A stretch of 64,000 bases of DNA, taken from positions 27,218,001 through 27,282,000 of the forward strand of contig OZ024741.1 of NCBI GenBank assembly GCA_964016885.1. The letters run 5' to 3'. Every line of letters begins with the position of its first letter. Positions within the stretch are counted from its first letter, which is position 1. The position numbers and the translations under genes are program-made. This DNA comes from Eledone cirrhosa (taxonomy: Eukaryota). The notes beneath the pieces are model-generated. The model worked only from the letters and a program-made list of their open reading frames with translations. It was not told the origin of the DNA and ran no database searches. Positions 27,001 to 40,060 of the stretch are shown here, piece by piece.

Positions 27001-30000
27001 CCTTCCCTGTTACTCATAAGACAAGATAAACAGACTGTAATAAACACTAAGACCTCCCCTGTTACTCATAAGACAACAAGATAAACAGACTGTAATAAAC
27101 ACTAAGACCTTCCCTGTTACTCATAAGACAACAAGATAAACAGACTGTAATAAACACTAAGACCTTCCCTGTTACTCATAAGACAACAAGATAAACAGAC
27201 TGTAATAAACACTAAGACCTTCCCTGTTACTCATAAGACAACAAGATAAACAGACTGTAATAAACACTAAGACCTCCCCTGTTACTCATAAGACAACAAG
27301 ATAAACAGACTGTAATAAACACTAAGACCTTCCCTGTTACTCATAAGACAAGATAAACAGACTGTAATAAACACTAAGACCTTCCCTGTTACTCATAAGA
27401 CAAGATAAACAGACTGTAATAAACACTAAGACCTCCCCTGTTACTCATAAGACAACAAGATAAACAGACTGTAATAAACACTAAGACCTTCCCTGTTACT
27501 CATAAGACAAGATAAACAGACTGTAATAAACACTAAGACCTCCCCTGTTACTCATAAGACAAGATAAACAGACTGTAATAAACACTAAGACCTCCCCTGT
27601 TACTCATAAGACAAGATAAACAGACTGTAATAAACACTAAGACCTTCCCTGTTACTCATAAGACAAGATAAACAGACTGTAATAAACACTAAGACCTCCC
27701 CTGTTACTCATAAGACAACAAGATAAACAGACTGTAATAAACACTAAGACCTCCCCTGTTACTCATAAGACAACAAGATAAACAGACTGTAATAAACACT
27801 AAGACCTTCCCTGTTACTCATAAGACAACAAGATAAACAGACTGTAATAAACACTAAGACCTCCCTGTTACTCATAAGACAACAAGATAAACAGACTGTA
27901 ATAAACACTAAGACCTCCCCTGTTACTCATAAGACAACAAGATAAACAGACTGTAATAAACACTAAGACCTTCCCTGTTACTCATAAGACAACAAGATAA
28001 ACAGACTGTAATAAACACTAAGACCTCCCCTGTTACTCATAAGACAACAAGATAAACAGACTGTAATAAACACTAAGACCTTCCCTGTTACTCATAAGAC
28101 AACAAGATAAACAGACTGTAATAAACACTAAGACCTCCCCTGTTACTCATAAGACAACAAGATAAACAGACTGTAATAAACACTAAGACCTTCCCTGTTA
28201 CTCATAAGACAACAAGATAAACAGACTGTAATAAACACTAAGACCTTCCCTGTTACTCATAAGACAACAAGATAAACAGACTGTAATAAACACTAAGACC
28301 TCCCCTGTTACTCATAAGACAAGATAAACAGACTGTAATAAACACTAAGACCTCCCCTGTTACTCATAAGACAAGATAAACAGACTGTAATAAACACTAA
28401 GACCTCCCCTGTTACTCATAAGACAAGATAAACAGACTGTAATAAACACTAAGACCTTCCCTGTTACTCATAAGACAACAAGATAAACAGACTGTAATAA
28501 ACACTAAGACCTTCCCTGTTACTCATAAGACAAGATAAACAGACTGTAATAAACACTAAGACCTTCCCTGTTACTCATAAGACAACAAGATAAACAGACT
28601 GTAATAAACACTAAGACCTCCCTGTTACTCATAAGACAAGATAAACAGACTGTAATAAACACTAAGACCTTCCCTGTTACTCATAAGACAACAAGATAAA
28701 CAGACTGTAATAAACACTAAGACCTCCCTGTTACTCATAAGACAAGATAAACAGACTGTAATAAACACTAAGACCTTCCCTGTTACTCATAAGACAAGAT
28801 AAACAGACTGTAATAAACACTAAGACCTTCCCTGTTACTCATAAGACAACAAGATAAACAGACTGTAATAAACACTAAGACCTTCCCTGTTACTCATAAG
28901 ACAAGATAAACAGACTGTAATAAACACTAAGACCTTCCCTGTTACTCATAAGACAACAAGATAAACAGACTGTAATAAACACTAAGACCTCCCCTGTTAC
29001 TCATAAGACAAGATAAACAGACTGTAATAAACACTAAGACCTTCCCTGTTACTCATAAGACAAAAGATAAACAGACTGTAATAAACACTAAGACCTTCCC
29101 TGTTACTCATAAGACAACAAGATAAACAGACTGTAATAAACACTAAGACCTTCCCTGTTACTCATAAGACAAGATAAACAGACTGTAATAAACACTAAGA
29201 CCTCCCTGTTACTCATAAGACAAGATAAACAGACTGTAATAAACACTAAGACCTTCCCTGTTACTCATAAGACAAGATAAACAGACTGTAATAAACACTA
29301 AGACCTCCCTGTTACTCATAAGACAACAAGATAAACAGACTGTAATAAACACTAAGACCTTCCCTGTTACTCATAAGACAACAAGATAAACAGACTGTAA
29401 TAAACACTAAGACCTCCCCTGTTACTCATAAGACAAGATAAACAGACTGTAATAAACACTAAGACCTTCCCTGTTACTCATAAGACAACAAGATAAACAG
29501 ACTGTAATAAACACTAAGACCTTCCCTGTTACTCATAAGACAAGATAAACAGACTGTAATAAACACTAAGACCTTCCCTGTTACTCATAAGACAACAAGA
29601 TAAACAGACTGTAATAAACACTAAGACCTTCCCTGTTACTCATAAGACAAGATAAACAGACTGTAATAAACACTAAGACCTTCCCTGTTACTCATAAGAC
29701 AAGATAAACAGACTGTAATAAACACTAAGACCTTCCCTGTTACTCATAAGACAAGATAAACAGACTGTAATAAACACTAAGACCTCCCTGTTACTCATAA
29801 GACAAGATAAACAGACTGTAATAAACACTAAGACCTTCCCTGTTACTCATAAGACAACAAGATAAACAGACTGTAATAAACACTAAGACCTTCCCTGTTA
29901 CTCATAAGACAACAAGATAAACAGACTGTAATAAACACTAAGACCTTCCCTGTTACTCATAAGACAAGATAAACAGACTGTAATAAACACTAAGACCTTC

Positions 30001-33000
30001 CCTGTTACTCATAAGACAACAAGATAAACAGACTGTAATAAACACTAAGACCTTCCCTGTTACTCATAAGACAAGATAAACAGACTGTAATAAACACTAA
30101 GACCTTCCCTGTTACTCATAAGACAAGATAAACAGACTGTAATAAACACTAAGACCTTCCCTGTTACTCATAAGACAACAAGATAAACAGACTGTAATAA
30201 ACACTAAGACCTTCCCTGTTACTCATAAGACAAGATAAACAGACTGTAATAAACACTAAGACCTTCCCTGTTACTCATAAGACAAGATAAACAGACTGTA
30301 ATAAACACTAAGACCTTCCCTGTTACTCATAAGACAACAAGATAAACAGACTGTAATAAACACTAAGACCTTCCCTGTTACTCATAAGACAACAAGATAA
30401 ACAGACTGTAATAAACACTAAGACCTCCCTGTTACTCATAAGACAAGATAAACAGACTGTAATAAACACTAAGACCTTCCCTGTTACTCATAAGACAACA
30501 AGATAAACAGACTGTAATAAACACTAAGACCTTCCCTGTTACTCATAAGACAACAAGATAAACAGACTGTAATAAACACTAAGACCTCCCCTGTTACTCA
30601 TAAGACAAGATAAACAGACTGTAATAAACACTAAGACCTTCCCTGTTACTCATAAGACAAAGATAAACAGACTGTAATAAACACTAAGACCTTCCCTGTT
30701 ACTCATAAGACAACAAGATAAACAGACTGTAATAAACACTAAGACCTTCCCTGTTACTCATAAGACAACAAGATAAACAGACTGTAATAAACACTAAGAC
30801 CTCCCCTGTTACTCATAAGACAAGATAAACAGACTGTAATAAACACTAAGACCTTCCCTGTTACTCATAAGACAACAAGATAAACAGACTGTAATAAACA
30901 CTAAGACCTCCCTGTTACTCATAAGACAAGATAAACAGACTGTAATAAACACTTAAGATTACCTCCCTGTTACTCATAAGACAAGATAAACAGACTGTAA
31001 TAAACACTAAGACCTCCCTGTTACTCATAAGACAAGATAAACAGACTAATAAACACTAAGACCTTCCCTGTTACTCATAAGACAAGATAAACAGACTGTA
31101 ATAAACACTAAGACCTTCCCTGTTACTCATAAGACAACAAGATAAACAGACTGTAATAAACACTAAGACCTTCCCTGTTACTCATAAGACAAGATAAACA
31201 GACTGTAATAAACACTAAGACCTTCCCTGTTACTCATAAGACAACAAGATAAACAGACTGTAATAAACACTAAGACCTCCCCTGTTACTCATAAGACAGA
31301 TAAACAGACTGTAATAAACACTAAGACCTTCCCTGTTACTCATAAGACAACAAGATAAACAGACTGTAATAAACACTAAGACCTTCCCTGTTACTCATAA
31401 GACAACAAGATAAACAGACTGTAATAAACACTAAGACCTTCCCTGTTACTCATAAGACAAGATAAACAGACTGTAATAAACACTAAGACCTTCCCTGTTA
31501 CTCATAAGACAACAAGATAAACAGACTGTAATAAACACTAAGACCTCCCCTGTTACTCATAAGACAACAAGATAAACAGACTGTATTAAACACTAAGACC
31601 TCCCCTGTTACTCATAAGACAACAAGATAAACAGACTGTAATAAACACTAAGACCTTCCCTGTTACTCATAAGACAACAAGATAACAGACTGTAATAACA
31701 CTAAGACCTTCCCTGTTACTCATAAGACAAGATAAACAGACTGTAATAAACACTAAGACCTCCCCTGTTACTCATAAGACAAGATAAACAGACTGTAATA
31801 AACACTAAGACCTCCCCCGTTACTCATAAGACAACAAGATAAACAGACTGTAATAAACACTAAGACCTCCCCTGTTACTCATAAGACAACAAGATAAACA
31901 GACTGTAATAAACACTAAGACCTTCCCTGTTACTCATAAGACAAGATAAACAGACTGTAATAAACACTAAGACCTCCCTGTTACTCATAAGACAACAAGA
32001 TAAACAGACTGTAATAAACACTAAGACCTTCCCTGTTACTCATAAGACAAGATAAACAGACTGTAATAAACACTAAGACCTCCCCTGTTACTCATAAGAC
32101 AACAAGATAAACAGACTGTAATAAACACTAAGACCTTCCCTGTTACTCATAAGACAACAAGATAAACAGACTGTAATAAACACTAAGACCTTCCCTGTTA
32201 CTCATAAGACAACAAGATAAACAGACTGTAATAAACACTAAGACCTTCCCTGTTACTCATAAGACAACAAGATAAACAGACTGTAATAAACACTAAAACC
32301 TCCCCTGTTACTCATAAGACAACAAGATAAACAGACTGTAATAAACACTAAGACCTTCCCTGTTACTCATAAGACAAGATAAACAGACTGTAATAAACAC
32401 TAAGACCTTCCCTGTTACTCATAAGACAAGATAAACAGACTGTAATAAACACTAAAACCTCCCCTGTTACTCATAAGACAACAAGATAAACAGACTGTAA
32501 TAAACACTAAGACCTTCCCTGTTACTCATAAGACAAGATAAACAGACTGTAATAAACACTAAGACCTCCCCTGTTACTCATAAGACAAGATAAACAGACT
32601 GTAATAAACACTAAGACCTCCCCTGTTACTCATAAGACAAGATAAACAGACTGTAATAAACACTAAGACCTTCCCTGTTACTCATAAGACAAGATAAACA
32701 GACTGTAATAAACACTAAGACCTCCCCTGTTACTCATAAGACAACAAGATAAACAGACTGTAATAAACACTAAGACCTCCCCTGTTACTCATAAGACAAC
32801 AAGATAAACAGACTGTAATAAACACTAAGACCTTCCCTGTTACTCATAAGACAACAAGATAAACAGACTGTAATAAACACTAAGACCTCCCCTGTTACTC
32901 ATAAGACAACAAGATAAACAGACTGTAATAAACACTAAGACCTCCCTGTTACTCATAAGACAAGATAAACAGACTGTAATAAACACTAAGACCTTCCCTG

Positions 33001-36000
33001 TTACTCATAAGACAAGATAAACAGACTGTAATAAACACTAAGACCTTCCCTGTTACTCATAAGACAACAAGATAAACAGACTGTAATAAACACTAAGACC
33101 TCCCCTGTTACTCATAAGACAACAAGATAAACAGACTGTAATAAACACTAAGACCTTCCCTGTTACTCATAAGACAACAAGATAAACAGACTGTAATAAA
33201 CACTAAGACCTCCCCTGTTACTCATAAGACAACAAGATAAACAGACTGTAATAAACACTAAGACCTTCCTGTTACTCATAAGACAACAAGATAAACAGAC
33301 TGTAATAAACACTAAGACCTTCCCTGTTACTCATAAGACAACAAGATAAACAGACTGTAATAAACACTAAGACCTCCCCTGTTACTCATAAGACAAGATA
33401 AACAGACTGTAATAAACACTAAGACCTCCCCTGTTACTCATAAGACAAGATAAACAGACTGTAATAAACACTAAGACCTCCCCTGTTACTCATAAGACAA
33501 GATAAACAGACTGTAATAAACACTAAGACCTTCCCTGTTACTCATAAGACAACAAGATAAACAGACTGTAATAAACACTAAGACCTTCCCTGTTACTCAT
33601 AAGACAAGATAAACAGACAGTAATAAAGACTAAGACCTTCCCTGTTACTCATAAGACAACAAGATAAACAGACTGTAATAAACACTAAGACCTCCCCTGT
33701 TACTCATAAGACAATTTAAACAGACTGTAATAAACACTAAGACCTTCCCTGTTACTCATAAGACAACAAGATAAACAGACTGTAATAAACACTAAGACCT
33801 CCCCTGTTACTCATAAGACAAGATAAACAGACTAATAAACACTAAGACCTTCCTGTTACTCATAAGACAAGATAAACAGACTGTAATAAACACTAAGACC
33901 TTCCCTGTTACTCATAAGACAACAAGATAAACAGACTGTAATAAACACTAAAACCTTCCCTGTTACTCATAAGACAAGATAAACAGACTGTAATAAACAC
34001 TAAGACCTTCCCTGTTACTCATAAGACAACAAGATAAACAGACTGTAATAAACACTAAGACCTCCCCTGTTACTCATAAGACAACAAGATAAACAGACTG
34101 TAATAAACACTAAGACCTTCCCTGTTACTCATAAGACAAGATAAACAGACTGTAATAAACACTAAGACCTCCCCTGTTACTCATAAGACAAGATAAACAG
34201 ACTGTAATAAACACTAAGACCTTCCCTGTTACTCATAAGACAAGATAAACAGACTGTAATAAACACTAAGACCTCCCCTGTTACTCATAAGACAACAAGA
34301 TAAACAGACTGTAATAAACACTAAGACCTTCCCTGTTACTCATAAGACAACAAGATAAACAGACTGTAATAAACACTAAGACCTCCCCTGTTACTCATAA
34401 GACAAGATAAACAGACTGTAATAAACACTAAGACCTTCCCTGTTACTCATAAGACAACAAGATAAACAGACTGTAATAAACACTAAGACCTTCCCTGTTA
34501 CTCATAAGACAAGATAAACAGACTGTAATAAACACTAAGACCTTCCCTGTTACTCATAAGACAACAAGATAAACAGACTGTAATAAACACTAAGACCTTC
34601 CCTGTTACTCATAAGACAAGATAAACAGACTGTAATAAACACTAAGACCTTCCCTGTTACTCATAAGACAAGATAAACAGACTGTAATAAACACTAAGAC
34701 CTTCCCTGTTACTCATAAGACAAGATAAACAGACTGTAATAAACACTAAGACCTCCCCTGTTACTCATAAGACAAGATAAACAGACTGTAATAAACACTA
34801 AGACCTTCCCTGTTACTCATAAGACAACAAGATAAACAGACTGTAATAAACACTAAGACCTTCCCTGTTACTCATAAGACAACAAGATAAACAGACTGTA
34901 ATAAACACTAAGACCTTCCCTGTTACTCATAAGACAAGATAAACGGACTGTAATAAACACTAAGACCTTCCCTGTTACTCATAAGACAACAAGATAAACA
35001 GACTTTAATAAACACTAAGACCTCCCCTGTTACTCATAAGACAAGATAAACAGACTGTAATAAACACTAAGACCTTCCCTGTTACTCATAAGACAAGATA
35101 AACAGACTGTAATAAACACTAAGACCTTCCCTGTTACTCATAAGACAACAAGATAAACAGACTGTAATAAACACTAAGACCTTCCCTGTTACTCATAAGA
35201 CAAGATAAACAGACTGTAATAAACACTAAGACCTTCCCTGTTACTCATAAGACAAGATAAACAGACTGTAATAAACACTAAGACCTTCCCTGTTACTCAT
35301 AAGACAACAAGATAAACAGACTGTAATAAACACTAAGACCTTCCCTGTTACTCATAAGACAACAAGATAAACAGACTGTAATAAACACTAAGACCTCCCC
35401 TGTTACTCATAAGACAAGATAAACAGACTGTAATAAACACTAAGACCTTCCCTGTTACTCATAAGACAACAAGATAAACAGACTGTAATAAACACTAAGA
35501 CCTTCCCTGTTACTCATAAGACAACAAGATAAACAGACTGTAATAAACACTAAGACCTCCCCTGTTACTCATAAGACAAGATAAACAGACTGTAATAAAC
35601 ACTAAGACCTTCCCTGTTACTCATAAGACAAGATAAACAGACTGTAATAAACACTAAGACCTTCCCTGTTACTCATAAGACAACAAGATAAACAGACTGT
35701 AATAAACACTAAGACCTTCCCTGTTACTCATAAGACAACAAGATAAACAGACTGTAATAAACACTAAGACCTCCCCTGTTACTCATAAGACAAGATAAAC
35801 AGACTGTAATAAACACTAAGACCTTCCCTGTTACTCATAAGACAACAAGATAAACAGACTGTAATAAACACTAAGACCTCCCCTGTTACTCATAAGACAA
35901 GATAAACAGACTGTAATAAACACTAAGACCTTCCCTGTTACTCATAAGACAAGATAAACAGACTGTAATAAACACTAAGACCTCCCCTGTTACTCATAAG

Positions 36001-38712
36001 ACAAGATAAACAGACTAATAAACACTAAGACCTTCCCTGTTACTCATAAGACAAGATAAACAGACTGTAATAAACACTAAGACCTTCCCTGTTACTCATA
36101 AGACAACAAGATAAACAGACTGTAATAAACACTAAGACCTTCCCTGTTACTCATAAGACAAGATAAACAGACTGTAATAAACACTAAGACCTTCCCTGTT
36201 ACTCATAAGACAACAAGATAAACAGACTGTAATAAACACTAAGACCTCCCCTGTTACTCATAAGACAAGATAAACAGACTGTAATAAACACTAAGACCTT
36301 CCCTGTTACTCATAAGACAACAAGATAAACAGACTGTAATAAACACTAAGACCTTCCCTGTTACTCATAAGACAACAAGATAAACAGACTGTAATAAACA
36401 CTAAGACCTTCCCTGTTACTCATAAGACAAGATAAACAGACTGTAATAAACACTAAGACCTCCCCTGTTACTCATAAGACAAGATAAACAGACTGTAATA
36501 AACACTAAGACCTTCCCTGTTACTCATAAGACAAGATAAACAGACTGTAATAAACACTAAGACCTCCCCTGTTACTCATAAGACAACAAGATAAACAGAC
36601 TGTAATAAACACTAAGACCTTCCCTGTTACTCATAAGACAACAAGATAAACAGACTGTAATAAACACTAAGACCTCCCCTGTTACTCATAAGACAAGATA
36701 AACAGACTGTAATAAACACTAAGACCTTCCCTGTTACTCATAAGACAACAAGATAAACAGACTGTAATAAACACTAAGACCTTCCCTGTTACTCATAAGA
36801 CAAGATAAACAGACTGTAATAAACACTAAGACCTTCCCTGTTACTCATAAGACAACAAGATAAACAGACTGTAATAAACACTAAGACCTTCCCTGTTACT
36901 CATAAGACAAGATAAACAGACTGTAATAAACACTAAGACCTTCCCTGTTACTCATAAGACAAGATAAACAGACTGTAATAAACACTAAGACCTTCCCTGT
37001 TACTCATAAGACAAGATAAACAGACTGTAATAAACACTAAGACCTCCCCTGTTACTCATAAGACAAGATAAACAGACTGTAATAAACACTAAGACCTTCC
37101 CTGTTACTCATAAGACAACAAGATAAACAGACTGTAATAAACACTAAGACCTTCCCTGTTACTCATAAGACAACAAGATAAACAGACTGTAATAAACACT
37201 AAGACCTTCCCTGTTACTCATAAGACAAGATAAACGGACTGTAATAAACACTAAGACCTTCCCTGTTACTCATAAGACAACAAGATAAACAGACTGTAAT
37301 AAACACTAAGACCTCCCCTGTTACTCATAAGACAAGATAAACAGACTGTAATAAACACTAAGACCTTCCCTGTTACTCATAAGACAAGATAAACAGACTG
37401 TAATAAACACTAAGACCTTCCCTGTTACTCATAAGACAACAAGATAAACAGACTGTAATAAACACTAAGACCTTCCCTGTTACTCATAAGACAAGATAAA
37501 CAGACTGTAATAAACACTAAGACCTTCCCTGTTACTCATAAGACAAGATAAACAGACTGTAATAAACACTAAGACCTTCCCTGTTACTCATAAGACAACA
37601 AGATAAACAGACTGTAATAAACACTAAGACCTTCCCTGTTACTCATAAGACAACAAGATAAACAGACTGTAATAAACACTAAGACCTCCCCTGTTACTCA
37701 TAAGACAAGATAAACAGACTGTAATAAACACTAAGACCTTCCCTGTTACTCATAAGACAACAAGATAAACAGACTGTAATAAACACTAAGACCTTCCCTG
37801 TTACTCATAAGACAACAAGATAAACAGACTGTAATAAACACTAAGACCTCCCCTGTTACTCATAAGACAAGATAAACAGACTGTAATAAACACTAAGACC
37901 TTCCCTGTTACTCATAAGACAAGATAAACAGACTGTAATAAACACTAAGACCTTCCCTGTTACTCATAAGACAACAAGATAAACAGACTGTAATAAACAC
38001 TAAGACCTTCCCTGTTACTCATAAGACAACAAGATAAACAGACTGTAATAAACACTAAGACCTCCCCTGTTACTCATAAGACAAGATAAACAGACTGTAA
38101 TAAACACTAAGACCTTCCCTGTTACTCATAAGACAACAAGATAAACAGACTGTAATAAACACTAAGATCTCCCCTGTTACTCATAAGACAAGATAAACAG
38201 ACTGTAATAAACACTAAGACCTTCCCTGTTACTCATAAGACAAGATAAACAGACTGTAATAAACACTAAGACCTTCCCTGTTACTCATAAGACAAGATAA
38301 ACAGACTGTAATAAACACTAAGACCTCCCCTGTTACTCATAAGACAACAAGATAAACAGACTGTAATAAACACTAAGACCTTCCCTGTTACTCATAAGAC
38401 AAGATAAACAGACTGTAATAAACACTAAGACCTCCCCTGTTACTCATAAGACATCAAGATAAACAGACTGTAATAAACACTAAAACCTCCCCTGTTACTC
38501 ATAAGACATCAAGATAAACAGACTGTAATAAACACTAAGACCTTCCCTGTTACTCATAAGACAACAAGATAAACAGACTGTAATAAACACTAAGACCTTC
38601 CTTGTTACTCATAAGACAAGATAAACAGACTGTAATAAACACTAAGACCTCCCCTGTTACTCATAAGACATCAAGATAAACAGACTGTAATAAACACTAA
38701 AACCTCCCCTGT
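12019..38712. repeat. Tandem array of 52/55-bp units, about 495 units estimated from length
   Basis: Unit TTACTCATAAGACAA(CAA)GATAAACAGACTGTAATAAACACTAAGACCT(T/C)CCCTG; very homogeneous. Confidence 0.99.
24256..24455. other. Assembly gap (200 N) inside the array
   Basis: Run of N; the true array length is unknown. Confidence 1.
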
Positions 38713-39405
38713 AGTGATAGCAAAATAAACACAAAGCAGAAGAAGATATGCAGGAAAATATGGAGACAGAGAGTTTAGAAGCTAAAGGACCTTTCAGTTA
38801 AATATAGGTTTAGAAAGGCCCTATAGGATGCAGTAGATGAGTGGGTTGATGAGCTTGGTACGTAGAGGACAACTGGAAATTCCTATGTGACAACCTTTTA
38901 CAAACTACTGACGAGACCTTTGGCTGGAGTAAAGTGCCAGCCAGACAGAGAATGACCTGGTGGTGGAACAGCCCAGTGGATAGAGACATTAAGGCCAAGA
39001 GACAGCAATGGAAAGACTGGAAAAATGGGGGTAGCAGAGACTAGTACCAGGCAGTTAAGAGAGAAGTAAGACAACAGGTATACGCAGCTCAGAGAGAGGC
39101 TGTAAAAAGAAAGTTTGCAATGTCTTGAGACGTGTTCCACATCGCAAGGCAGTGTGTTAGTGTAAATCAAGATGTTGTTGGGGAAAGATGTTAGAAATTA
39201 TGCTGGTGCACTTAGCACTACTGATGTTGAAAAGAAAGAGGCCTGGAAATGTTATTATGAGAGACTGATGAATGTAGACAATGGGGGGGGGGGGGCTACC
39301 AGCAACTTATCCAATAGAAGGACCAGATATTGAAATTGACAGTTTTAAGGTCAAAGAACCAATCAAAGAAATGAAGAATGGTAAAGCTGCAGGACAATCA
39401 TAGTT
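38713..39405 (+). pseudogene. Old RTE LINE, continuation (right of the array)
   Basis: Collinear with about 48388-49125: AAGCTAAAGGA, GTAGAGGACAACTGGAAATTCCT, ACCTGGTGGTGGAACAG, GCCTGGAAATGT, GGTAAAGCTGCAGG. Confidence 0.88.
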
Positions 39406-39414
39406 ATGTGTATG

Positions 39415-39473
<59 letters not shown>

Positions 39474-39964
39474 GAAATAAGTGGAACAAGCAAGATTCAA
39501 ACAATTTTTTAAAATAAATTAAAAAATATAATTTAAATATTTACCTATTCCATTTGCTTTTACCCACGGTTTCACTTCACAAAAGATTGGAGATGCCTAG
39601 GGACTTCCAATGGAAATGTTCGGATCATCAGAGAACATTTTCCTTACCTAGGACAAAAGTCCCAGGAACAGCAAAATATATTGCCATCTGCCAGCTAGCA
39701 CAGGATCGAATGGGGCCGTAAACTTGACCTATGCATGAACCAGCCCTTAGTAGAAGCGGAAGTAAACATAGACGTATTGTCTATCATGCCACTAAAAATA
39801 GCAGCTAAATAAAACAACAGATTTGTTCTCTACATAACGGAGAATATTAAAAGTGGTTAATATCCCAACAGGTACTAAGTACCCCTGGAAATATATACAT
39901 AGGGTGTCTATGATACAGTGGTTGTTCTATGGTATTAATTTCACATACCAGAACTATAAAATTG

Positions 39965-40057
<93 letters not shown>

Positions 40058-40060
<3 letters not shown>

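Noticed and set aside
12019-38712. CRISPR array
   Set aside because: No unique spacers, no cas genes, eukaryotic context; units are contiguous and LINE-derived
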